DNA of 64,000 bases from Bacteroidota bacterium (GCA_040901865.1 JBBDYD010000194.1:2761-66760), one strand, 5' to 3'. Positions 30,087-37,371 are shown, numbered from the stretch's first letter. The notes: generated by a model from the sequence alone, not told the origin. Numbers and translations are program-made.

Positions 30087-30108
<22 letters not shown>

Positions 30109-30365
30109 GGGTTGATGATGCCTTTGGCCCGAAGCCAAAGGTTGCCAGCTAATGATTTGAAGAATCTTTCTCTTGCCGTTGCTTCTCTCTTGGTGTTGAA
30201 CGCCTCCCAATAGTGGAGGACGTAGGGACTGTGGCCTTTTGTGTAGTGTCCTCGCCCAGCATTATGTGCCGCCAGCCTTGCATGAAGGTCAGCGCAATGC
30301 CCGTAATAATACGTTCCGTCCCGTAAACTGCGAAGAATATAGGTGTAAAACATCCCCCCAAACAT
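30087..30365 (-). CDS. Small GIY-YIG nuclease family protein (UPF0213/YhbQ-like)
   Basis: 92 aa; FYTYILRSLRDGTYYYGHCADLHARLAAHNAG...TKGHSPYVLHYWEAFNTKREATARERFFKS fits the GIY-(10-11)-YYG...R...E...N pattern. The last 7 codons and the TGA stop (30087-30089) lie inside the tRNA-Ser gene. Confidence 0.85.
30089..30272. repeat. 184-bp direct repeat, copy 1 (tRNA 5' part + GIY-YIG 3' half)
   Basis: Matches 30565-30748 at a constant offset of 476 bp with 4 mismatches. Confidence 0.9.
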
Positions 30366-30384
30366 TATTGATGCGCAAGCACTT

Positions 30385-30584
30385 GAGGGTGGGATTCTCC
30401 CTTTCAGAGATTATTCAGAGAAGGGATCCCTTCCTCGTGAATCCCCTTGAACGGGAGAACCCACGGTACCCTTACGGGCACACACGCTTTCCAGGCGTGG
30501 CAGTTCCCCCGAGCGCTGGAATTACCATTGAGGGGTCCCTTCATTGGTCCATCACAGAAAGGGAAACCACTCCTGCACCTCTCC
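30385..30584 (-). pseudogene. tRNA-Ser(GGA) paralog interrupted by hairpin insertions in T-loop and D-loop (copy A')
   Basis: All non-insert bases are identical to 30026-30108. A 59-nt insert sits at 30398-30456, between C and G of the T-loop TTC|GAA. An insert of about 58 nt sits at 30507-30564 in the D-loop (GGTT|GAAC). The last 4 nt of the 3' acceptor strand are replaced (cactt instead of cggag), so only 4 acceptor pairs remain. Confidence 0.8.
30387..30432. repeat. 46-bp exact direct repeat, copy 1 (T-stem + first T-loop hairpin)
   Basis: gggtgggattctccctttcagagattattcagagaagggatccctt is identical to 35700-35745. Confidence 0.9.
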
Positions 30585-30748
30585 GGGTTGATGATGCCTT
30601 TGGCCCGAAGCCAAAGGTTGCCAGCTAATGATTTGAAGAATCTTTCTCTTGCCGTTGCTTCTCTCTTGGTGTCGAACGCCTCCCAATAGTGGAGGACGTA
30701 GGGACTATGGCCTTTTGTATAGCGTCCTCGCCCAGCATTATGTGCCGC
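30585..30748 (-). pseudogene. Duplicated 3' fragment of the GIY-YIG gene
   Basis: 30565-30748 repeats 30089-30272 with 4 mismatches in 184 bp. It covers the last ~55 codons (AAHNAGRG..GIINPERCRS). It has no N-terminal half and no start codon. Confidence 0.8.
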
Positions 30749-30835
30749 TGGCAGTTTCCCTGAGCGCTGGAATTACCATTGTGGGGTCTCTTCATTGGTC
30801 CATCACAGAAAGGGAAACCACTCCTGAACCTCTGC
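30749..30835 (-). pseudogene. tRNA-Ser 5' (acceptor/D-arm) fragment with D-loop hairpin insertion (copy A'')
   Basis: tggcagtt, then a 59-nt insert (30757-30815; 4 mismatches to the A' D-loop insert), then aaccactcctgaacctctgc. It is fused directly to the GIY-YIG fragment at 30748/30749. Confidence 0.75.
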
Positions 30836-30966
30836 GTGTTTAAAATTACGCGCTTCCTTGTGTACTCGCGCAAGCGGCAAAAGATACCGAAAGAATGGTG
30901 CAAAATCAACGAACTGTTGGTATTGACGGGAACTTTTTGCATCTTCAACAACAATGCAGTCCGCAG

Positions 30967-31347
30967 ATGAATGAAACAATATTAGTTGCCGAAGATCAAC
31001 CGCACATTCGGGCATTGATTCAGTACAAACTGCGGAACAGCGGCTACCATGTTATTGCCGTCGAAGACGGTGCCGCCGCCCTGCAACAGGCGACGGAGTT
31101 GTTGCCTGACCTGATTCTCCTCGATGTGATGATGCCTCTGATGACGGGTTTTGAAGTACTCGCAGCTTTGAAGGAGAACGAGCAAACAAAAGGAATTCCT
31201 GTTTTGCTGGTGACGGCGCAGAGCAGCGAGGAGGAAGTTCTGAAGGGTCTTGAAATGGGTGCTGATGATTACGTCACCAAACCATTTAGTCCCAATGAAC
31301 TTGCCGCACGTGTGAAAACCGTCCTCTTGAGAAGAAAAAAGAAATAG
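30967..31347 (+). CDS. Single-domain response regulator (CheY-like receiver)
   Basis: MNETILVAEDQPHIR..., the DLILLDVMMP phospho-acceptor Asp context and a conserved Lys (YVTKPF). The start is set to the ATG at 30967. Confidence 0.9.
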   Translation: MNETILVAEDQPHIRALIQYKLRNSGYHVIAVEDGAAALQQATELLPDLILLDVMMPLMTGFEVLAALKENEQTKGIPVLLVTAQSSEEEVLKGLEMGADDYVTKPFSPNELAARVKTVLLRRKKK

Positions 31348-31353
31348 AGAATC

Positions 31354-32694
31354 ATGAGAATCAACGCCGGAATTGTTGCTGCCGTCGTCTTCTCCTCCTG
31401 TTGTGTCTGGCTTTCAGCATTTTCCCAGTCCGTTCCTCCTGAGGATCCCGATTCTGTGTTTGTCAGAGCCCTTCGGCTCCAGCGGGCAGGCAAGCTGGAT
31501 GTGGCGAAGCAGGAGTTTTTGCTTCTGCTACGCCGGTTTCCGGAGTATCATGACGCCCGCGTGCAATACGGGTTTCTCCTCGCGTGGGAGGAGCGATACC
31601 AAGCGGCCCTTCTTCAGTTCGATTCAGTGCTTTTTGTCCAGCCCTCTCATGTCGAGGCGCGGTTTGGAAAGTCCCAAACGCTGGCATGGTTGGGACGTTA
31701 CCGCCAATCGGTTGATATCATCCTCGCTCTTATTCAGGAATATCCTCAATCTGTCCGATTCCTTTCTGAAGCCGGTCATGTCTACCTGAGGGGCGGAGCT
31801 CCGAGAAAGGCTCTCGAGTATTACGAAAAGGCCTATATCAGACTCCCGAACGACAAGGATGTCATGCGGGATCTTGCACGGGTCCACAGAACTCTCGGAA
31901 ATAAGGATTTGGCTCTTTATTGGTATCGGAAACTTCTTGCAGCTTCACCGGGAAACGATGAGGCGAGAGCGGAGGTTCTTCGATTAACGTATGAAGCAGA
32001 TCACGAGATCCAACTGACCTCCGCGTATGAGTCCTTTACCACAGAAGGAATCCGTCAGCACACACTTCTTCAGGCAGAGTATTTCTATGCATTGGACAAG
32101 AATTGGAAGCCGTTTCTCCATTTCAGCATTGTATCGAAATTCTCGGAGCGCGAAAGCAGGTTTGGCGGCGGGTTCTATGCCATTCTCACGAATTCGATGA
32201 GTTCCTTCGTCCAGATCATTGTGTCGCCAAACGCAAATGTGGTACCGAGCCTTGATGTCACAGCGGAACTGAATGCTGGGATCGTTCGGTCTGTTGACCT
32301 CATTGGCGGCTTCCGTGTCCTTCAGTTCGATTCTGTGAATGTGAGCATCCTCATGCCCGGGTTGACCTGGTATATTGAAGATGAAGTCTGGATTACCACC
32401 AGAGGCTACTTCGGCCTTATTCCAAATCAAACAACCTCAAGCACGGCTGCCATCACGCTTTCCTTCAGGCCGACCCCCCTCACCACGATGCGCATCGGCG
32501 GTTTTTCGGGCAATGAAATCCTGCGGGCAACCACCATCGGTGAATTGTCGTCGATCCGGTCTTCAGGAGCGTTTTTGGAAATCAAGTCACGTCTCGATCC
32601 GCACTTCTCAATCGATGCGCAGTACCTGTATACAAACAGGAACTCTCCTTCGCATTCGCACCTCATGACGGTCACGGTCTCCGTATTGTTCTGA
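31354..32694 (+). CDS. TPR-repeat outer-membrane protein (PgaA/YaiO-like beta-barrel C-terminus)
   Basis: Signal peptide, then N-terminal TPR-like repeats (ARFGKSQTLAWLGRYRQS, ALEYYEKAY, DLALYWYRKLL). The C-terminal ~220 aa show alternating hydrophobicity and end in an aromatic residue (VSVLF), as beta-barrels do. Confidence 0.65.
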   Translation: MRINAGIVAAVVFSSCCVWLSAFSQSVPPEDPDSVFVRALRLQRAGKLDVAKQEFLLLLRRFPEYHDARVQYGFLLAWEERYQAALLQFDSVLFVQPSHVEARFGKSQTLAWLGRYRQSVDIILALIQEYPQSVRFLSEAGHVYLRGGAPRKALEYYEKAYIRLPNDKDVMRDLARVHRTLGNKDLALYWYRKLLAASPGNDEARAEVLRLTYEADHEIQLTSAYESFTTEGIRQHTLLQAEYFYALDKNWKPFLHFSIVSKFSERESRFGGGFYAILTNSMSSFVQIIVSPNANVVPSLDVTAELNAGIVRSVDLIGGFRVLQFDSVNVSILMPGLTWYIEDEVWITTRGYFGLIPNQTTSSTAAITLSFRPTPLTTMRIGGFSGNEILRATTIGELSSIRSSGAFLEIKSRLDPHFSIDAQYLYTNRNSPSHSHLMTVTVSVLF

Positions 32695-32704
32695 AAGTCG
32701 AATC

Positions 32705-33838
32705 ATGCGGATAGAATTCCTCATTGCCGCTGCACTTGCCGTCGGCGCAACATTCTTCGTAGTTATTGTCGCAATCGGCCTCTTTATCAACAAGCTAGTC
32801 GAAGTACGGCAGACACGAAACCGTGAAAAACTGTATCAATTGTACTCGGGAATGTTTGCCGACTTGTTGATGCAGCCGGTGGAGGCAATGTCGGGGAATC
32901 AAAGCCGCGGATCAGTTCTCGACCAATACGAAGATTTGATCGCGCCCGTAAAGAACGGATTGGAATGGTCCACCCCGGCCAGGAAAAAGCTCCACAGGGG
33001 AGTCATTCGGAGGATCCTCATTGATTTTGCGAATGATTTGGCAGGCGACTCAATGGATCGGTTGCTGTATTTCTTCTATTCCCTGGAATTCGTTAAGGAC
33101 GAACTGGAGTTGCTTCAGAGCAACAAGTGGTGGGTGAGGGCCCGGGCGGCCCGGGACCTGGGCTTACTCCGGGCGAAAAAGGCAACTACAGCGCTGACAA
33201 TCGCATTGGAAGATGAACATCCCGATGTCAGAAACGAGGCAATGCAATCTCTTATTAAACTCGTAGGCGTGGTGGCGCTGGGGACAATCCTGAAGTCCGC
33301 CAAGAACATCTCACAATGGACTTCTCTGGAGCTCTCGCTGATTGTCAAGGAGTCTGAGGAGGAAGCGTTTCCATACCTCGTCCAGGCGCTGGGGTATTCT
33401 GATCAATCCGTTGTTCTGTTTACCATTGAAATGCTTGCGGAGACCGGCTTTGTGACGGCGGTCGCGCCCCTGATGCAGGTGGTCAAGACGTATCCGAATG
33501 TTCTTGTGCGCGCAAAGGCAGCCGAGGCGTTGGGTCGGCTGGGAGACCAGCGGGCCGAAACACTCCTTCATGAACTTTTGAAAAATCCGTACCCGCAGCT
33601 CCGCGCGAGTGCGACGAGGGCGCTTGAACGCATCGGATCTCCCGACTCTACCCCGCTCCTCCTGGAGCGTATGCAATCCGGACCAGTGGCGGAGAGATTG
33701 TCAGCCGCACGGGCGATGGCGCGATCTGGGGAATCGGGATTGCAGAAGTTACGAGAGGCAGCCGAGGGTACAGATACACTTCAGAATGGGATTGCGCTCC
33801 ATGTGCTCGAAGAGGTCGAAGGCGTGGAGGTCCCGTGA
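32705..33838 (+). CDS. Membrane-anchored HEAT-repeat protein
   Basis: N-terminal TM helix followed by repeated (D/H)PxVRxxAAxALGxLG-type HEAT/PBS-lyase repeats (WWVRARAARDLG, HPDVRNEAMQSL, NVLVRAKAAEALGRLG, YPQLRASATRALERIG). Confidence 0.75.
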   Translation: MRIEFLIAAALAVGATFFVVIVAIGLFINKLVEVRQTRNREKLYQLYSGMFADLLMQPVEAMSGNQSRGSVLDQYEDLIAPVKNGLEWSTPARKKLHRGVIRRILIDFANDLAGDSMDRLLYFFYSLEFVKDELELLQSNKWWVRARAARDLGLLRAKKATTALTIALEDEHPDVRNEAMQSLIKLVGVVALGTILKSAKNISQWTSLELSLIVKESEEEAFPYLVQALGYSDQSVVLFTIEMLAETGFVTAVAPLMQVVKTYPNVLVRAKAAEALGRLGDQRAETLLHELLKNPYPQLRASATRALERIGSPDSTPLLLERMQSGPVAERLSAARAMARSGESGLQKLREAAEGTDTLQNGIALHVLEEVEGVEVP

Positions 33839-35256
33839 GTACCGTTCTCGAATTCTTTCTGGAATCCTACATATATTTCGTGACGGTCTACTTTATCCTC
33901 GTAAACGCGACGTACACCTTTCTCCTTATCCGGTCGTTCAAGGAAATCCAGTACTACATGAGGCACAATGAGTTTAGCAACTATCGCATCATCGTACAGT
34001 CCGAACTGACACCGGCCGTTTCCGTGCTGGCCCCGGCCTACAATGAGGAAGCAACCGTCGTCGAGAGCACCCGCAGTCTTTTAAAGCTCAGCTATGGAAA
34101 GTATGAGGTGATCGTGATAAACGACGGGTCGTCAGACGGCACACTGGAAACGCTGAAGAAGGAATTTCACCTGCATCCTTCAAAGCAATTGTATGTCCCT
34201 GTCCTGGAGACGGCGCCGGTGCGCGGAATCTACCGGTCTTCCAGGCCGGAGTACCGCAATCTTATGATTATTGACAAAGAGAATGGGGGGAAGGCGGACG
34301 CGCTGAACGTGGGGATCAATGCCGCAAAACATGATTTCGTGTGCTCAATTGATGCCGACTCGCTCCTTGAAGACGAAGCCCTCTTGCGCGTCATGAAGCC
34401 ATTCCTGGAGGATGAGACTGTCATCGCAGCGGGGGGGATCGTGCGAATCGCAAACGGTTGCACGGTCGTTAACGGTCGCGTGATCGACGTTGCTTTGTCG
34501 CGCAAGCTGCTGCCCGTGTTCCAGGTTGTGGAGTACTTCAGGGCGTTTCTCTCGGGAAGAATGGCGTGGCACGGAATGAACGGGCTTTTGATCATCTCAG
34601 GTGCTTTTGGAATGTTCAAACGGTCTGCCATGATCGAAGCAAACGGGTACGACCGGACAACGGTTGGGGAGGATATGGAACTGGTCACCCGGCTCCACAA
34701 GATCAAACGAGAGAGGAAGGAGCCTTACAAAATCGCTTTTGTGCCTGACCCGGTGTGCTGGACACAAGCGCCTGAGTCCTTGGCCATTCTTGCGCGGCAA
34801 CGAAACCGCTGGCATCGCGGATTGCTGGATACGATGCTCCGCCACCGGAGGATGCTCTTCAACGGTCGCTATGGGATCATCGGATTTGGAGCCATGCCGT
34901 ATTTTGTGTTTGTAGAGCTGTTAGGTCCGGTTATCGAGTTCCTGGGATACATTGCCCTCATTGTGATGTACGCGGCGGGCGTTCTTGATGTCAGGATGGC
35001 CATCCTCTTTTTCGTTGTCTCCTTGTTTTATGGAGTCATGTTCTCCGTTGGCGCTGTATTGCTTGAAGAAGTCTCTTTTCAACGATATCCGCGCCCCCGG
35101 GACCTGGCAATGCTTCTGTCGTTCGGTGTGATCGAAAATTTCGGCTATCGTCAGCTGACGATTCTCTGGCGCGTGAAAGCCTTCTGGGATTACTTCGTGC
35201 GAGGTGAGCGACGCTGGGGGGCGATGCAACGGAAAGGGTTTGCGGCGTCCGGCTGA
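33835..35256 (+). CDS. Processive family-2 glycosyltransferase (PgaC/IcaA/BcsA-like synthase)
   Basis: VSVLAPAYNEE, INDGSSDGT, SIDADS, VGEDMELV and the Q(R)xRW motif ARQRNRWHRG. TM helices lie at both ends. It has no PilZ domain. Confidence 0.9.
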   Translation: MSTVLEFFLESYIYFVTVYFILVNATYTFLLIRSFKEIQYYMRHNEFSNYRIIVQSELTPAVSVLAPAYNEEATVVESTRSLLKLSYGKYEVIVINDGSSDGTLETLKKEFHLHPSKQLYVPVLETAPVRGIYRSSRPEYRNLMIIDKENGGKADALNVGINAAKHDFVCSIDADSLLEDEALLRVMKPFLEDETVIAAGGIVRIANGCTVVNGRVIDVALSRKLLPVFQVVEYFRAFLSGRMAWHGMNGLLIISGAFGMFKRSAMIEANGYDRTTVGEDMELVTRLHKIKRERKEPYKIAFVPDPVCWTQAPESLAILARQRNRWHRGLLDTMLRHRRMLFNGRYGIIGFGAMPYFVFVELLGPVIEFLGYIALIVMYAAGVLDVRMAILFFVVSLFYGVMFSVGAVLLEEVSFQRYPRPRDLAMLLSFGVIENFGYRQLTILWRVKAFWDYFVRGERRWGAMQRKGFAASG

Positions 35257-35257
35257 T

Positions 35258-35532
35258 TCATTGGACCATTCCGTACTTTTTTCCCTGTTCCGTCATTCGA
35301 AGAAAATACCTGAGGCGCTGTTGGAAAACTTCCGGACGTCTCTTTGCTCCATCAATCCATCCAATACGTACTCGCTGATAGGGGCGGGAAAAGTTTTTGA
35401 AATTTCGCCATGCCCGGGGACTTTCTTCCTGTAATAGATGAGCCAGATTTCCGAGGCAGTGCTGTGGTTTTTTTTCAACCACGCGCGCCATGCTCCTCGG
35501 GTGGAGACGTAGAGCGTTTTTGTGATTTCCAT
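35258..35532 (-). pseudogene. YdeI/OmpD-associated-family gene remnant, frameshifted and truncated
   Basis: One frame gives MEITKTLYVSTRGAWRAWLKKNHSTASEIWLIYYRKK, the family N-terminus. The conserved GWIDG motif (RVRIGWIDGAKRR) appears in a different frame about 30 codons later. The total is about 90 codons against about 190 for the family. Confidence 0.5.
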
Positions 35533-35544
35533 ACCTGAGTGAAG

Positions 35545-35631
35545 CGGAAGGGGTGGGATTCGAACCCACGGTAGCCCGGAGGCCACTCCGGTTTTCGAGA
35601 CCGGCCGATTCAACCACTCTCGCACCCTTCC
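35545..35631 (-). tRNA. tRNA-Ser (anticodon CGA), type II
   Basis: Hand-folded. Acceptor GGAAGGG/CCCTTCC; D stem CGA/TCG; anticodon stem CCGGT/ACCGG with loop CTCGAAA; long variable arm GTGGCCTCCGGGCTAC; T arm GTGGG-TTCGAAT-CCCAC; discriminator G. Confidence 0.93.
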
Positions 35632-35698
35632 GTGATTACTTGTGAAAGACTCTAATTCTCAGGAAGCTGCTTTGTCACCTTCATTTGACCTACATGTT

Positions 35699-35902
35699 GG
35701 GGTGGGATTCTCCCTTTCAGAGATTATTCAGAGAAGGGATCCCTTGCATGATTACTCTTCGGAAGGGAGAACCCACGGGTAGCCCGGAGGCCACTCCGGT
35801 TTTTGCCGACGGCATCCCTTCGGGACGAGACCAGTCCGATTGTCCCTCGCATGAGCATTATCAAGTGAGGGATCCTTTGGGAAACCACTCTCGCAACTTT
35901 CC
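35699..35902 (-). pseudogene. tRNA-Ser(CGA) paralog interrupted in T-loop, anticodon loop and D-loop (copy B')
   Basis: Collinear with 35545-35631, with three inserts. One is 58 nt at 35711-35768 (T-loop, same TTC|GAA position). One is 22 nt at 35804-35825, inside the anticodon between G35 and A36. One is about 41 nt at 35842-35882 (D-loop). Several point changes are also present, and both acceptor strands are degraded. Confidence 0.8.
35700..35745. repeat. 46-bp exact direct repeat, copy 2
   Basis: Identical to 30387-30432. Confidence 0.9.
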
Positions 35903-36010
35903 GTAACGCTTTCACGGACGCAAATTCAAGGCGCTTTCCAGGCTGATGGGATACGGTGTCAAATCCCTCCCTGCGGACAAGAATATACAAAAAAGTGTCA
36001 GAATCTGCAG

Positions 36011-36025
36011 TCCCTGAGTTTGGGA
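36011..36025. repeat. Mini hairpin TCCC-N7-GGGA
   Basis: tccctgagtttggga has the same terminal tetranucleotides, and the same opening tccctgag, as the A'' D-loop insert. Confidence 0.4.
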
Positions 36026-36121
36026 AAAATCGTTGTCATTTCTGATTCTGAGATTCTTCTTGGAATGGGTCATCATTTCGATGTTCGTTATTCCACCCAA
36101 ATTCAATTGATCAATTTGTTA

Positions 36122-36160
36122 CCCCTCTCAATCTTGCGAGGGAGTTCCCGTCTTTGGGAG
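36122..36160. repeat. Double hairpin module related to the B' D-loop insert
   Basis: ccctc-tcaatcttgc-gaggga followed by tccc-gtcttt-ggga. This is the same two-hairpin architecture as 35842-35882 (tccctc-...-gaggga, tcc-ttt-ggga). Confidence 0.45.
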
Positions 36161-36210
36161 GAACAGGAGATGTTGTGTGTACCAGAACTCGCCGCAGACT
36201 GTCCGTTTTC

Positions 36211-36239
36211 TTGACTTTCCTGCGGTATTTGAATATATT
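36211..36239 (+). promoter_or_regulatory. Sigma-70-like promoter upstream of the Fur-family gene
   Basis: TTGACT (36211-36216), a 17-nt spacer, then TATATT (36234-36239), about 37 nt upstream of the start codon. Confidence 0.45.
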
Positions 36240-36275
36240 TTCATATAGTTTTTTTCTTAGGAAGGGTGAACAATC

Positions 36276-36671
36276 ATGGAATCTCTTATTACGAAACGTA
36301 GCAAACAACGCGAACGAATCCTCCAAGTACTCCGAAAAACAAGGGCACATCCGACTGCTGAATGGGTTTATGAACGAGTGCGCGAACAGATGCCGCGTAT
36401 TTCTCTTGGGACCGTGTACAGGAATCTGAGTATCCTCAAACATCAAGGAAAAATCAGGGAGCTTGATTTCGGAGAGACCTCACGACGTTACGATGCGTTC
36501 GTTGACGAACATTATCATTTTGTTTGTCTGCATTGCGGCGGAGTGAAGGATCTGGACGTTCCTCCCCAGGAAGATCTCAACGAGCGCGTTCGTCATTCTG
36601 TTCCGGGATCAATACAGCATCATCGTCTCGATTTCTTTGGAACGTGCTCCGACTGCCTGCTCAGAGGCTGA
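36276..36671 (+). CDS. Fur-family transcriptional regulator (PerR-like by context)
   Basis: 131 aa with a winged-helix N-terminus (ISLGTVYRNL), HYHFVCLHCG and a C-terminal CSDC, giving two CxxC pairs. Peroxiredoxin genes lie downstream. Confidence 0.9.
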   Translation: MESLITKRSKQRERILQVLRKTRAHPTAEWVYERVREQMPRISLGTVYRNLSILKHQGKIRELDFGETSRRYDAFVDEHYHFVCLHCGGVKDLDVPPQEDLNERVRHSVPGSIQHHRLDFFGTCSDCLLRG

Positions 36672-36849
36672 CCAACCCAGCGTTCGAACCAGTTGTTTCT
36701 CATTTTCTGTCGAAACAAGGGAAATGCTGTCCCCTTGCATCAAGATTCGTGGATCATTCCGGGAATGATTGTCGGAACGGGTAACGTTGCCTTTCTTTCC
36801 CAATCCCGGAGAAACCGGGACTCACTTTCTTGAATTGAAGGAGGATTGT

Positions 36850-37323
36850 ATGCCAATTACAGTTGGAACCAAAGCGCCGGATTTCACTTTAACCGATACC
36901 GATAAGAAACCCCGCTCCCTCAAGGAGTTTGCGGGAAAAAACGTCGTGCTGGCTTTTTTCCCCGGCGCTTTTACCGGAGTCTGCACGAAGGAAATGTGTA
37001 CGCTTCGGGATTCACTCGCGAACTTCAATTCCATGAATGCCCAGGTCATCGGAATCAGCGTTGATTCCCCGTTCGCCAACAAGGGGTTTGCCACACACAA
37101 CAATCTTTCATATCCGCTCCTTTCCGATTTCGGCCTCAGCGTCAGCAAGCAGTACTGCGGTGTTTATCATGACTTCTCCGGAGTGGCTGGTTACTCCGCT
37201 GCCAAGCGCTCGGTGTTTGTGGTTGACAAGACAGGCGTTGTACGGTACGCGTGGATTTCAGACAATCCAGGAACCGAACCGGATTACAATGCAGTTCAGC
37301 AAGCCGTTTCTTTGTTGAAATAA
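36850..37323 (+). CDS. Peroxiredoxin (AhpC/TSA family)
   Basis: MPITVGTKAPDF... with the peroxidatic Cys in FFPGAFTGVCTKE. A strong RBS (gaaggagg) precedes the ATG at 36850. Confidence 0.9.
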   Translation: MPITVGTKAPDFTLTDTDKKPRSLKEFAGKNVVLAFFPGAFTGVCTKEMCTLRDSLANFNSMNAQVIGISVDSPFANKGFATHNNLSYPLLSDFGLSVSKQYCGVYHDFSGVAGYSAAKRSVFVVDKTGVVRYAWISDNPGTEPDYNAVQQAVSLLK

Positions 37324-37330
37324 TTCCGAC

Positions 37331-37366
37331 GTCCCTTCGCAGTTTGCTGACGCGTGGATCCCTTGC
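37331..37366. repeat. Intergenic copy of the TCCCT...GGATCCCTT module
   Basis: gtcccttcgcagtttgctgacgcgtggatcccttgc aligns with the B' D-loop insert gtccctcgcatgagc...gtgagggatccttt. It also shares the 11-mer ggatcccttgc with 35738-35748. Confidence 0.4.
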
Positions 37367-37371
37367 CTGTT

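Noticed and set aside
30385-30584. Interpreting A' (and B' at 35699-35902) as functional multi-intron tRNA genes, like the archaeal tRNAs that carry introns in the D-loop and T-loop.
   Set aside because: The 3' acceptor strands are replaced, so A' keeps only 4 of 7 acceptor pairs and B' keeps almost none. The B' anticodon is itself split. Intact copies of both isoacceptors lie adjacent. The host is bacterial by its gene content, and no splicing endonuclease is evident. Not fully excluded without expression data.
30239-30970. Tracked ORFs across the repeat region (30239-30628, 30447-30689, 30625-30954, 30649-30843, 30779-30970, 30803-31015) and at the second locus (35685-35906, 35724-35990).
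   Set aside because: They read through tRNA-derived sequence and hairpin inserts, they overlap one another, and they have no recognisable family. The only protein-like parts are out-of-frame or in-frame echoes of the GIY-YIG fragment.
35627-35765. Similarity between the second T-loop hairpin of B' (cccttgcatgattactcttcggaag) and the 5' acceptor strand plus upstream flank of intact tRNA-Ser(CGA) (cccttccgtgattacttgtgaaag).
   Set aside because: It rests on about 15 of 19 matching positions around an 8-mer, and the equivalent comparison at the GGA locus is weak. It could be chance, so it is not used as evidence.
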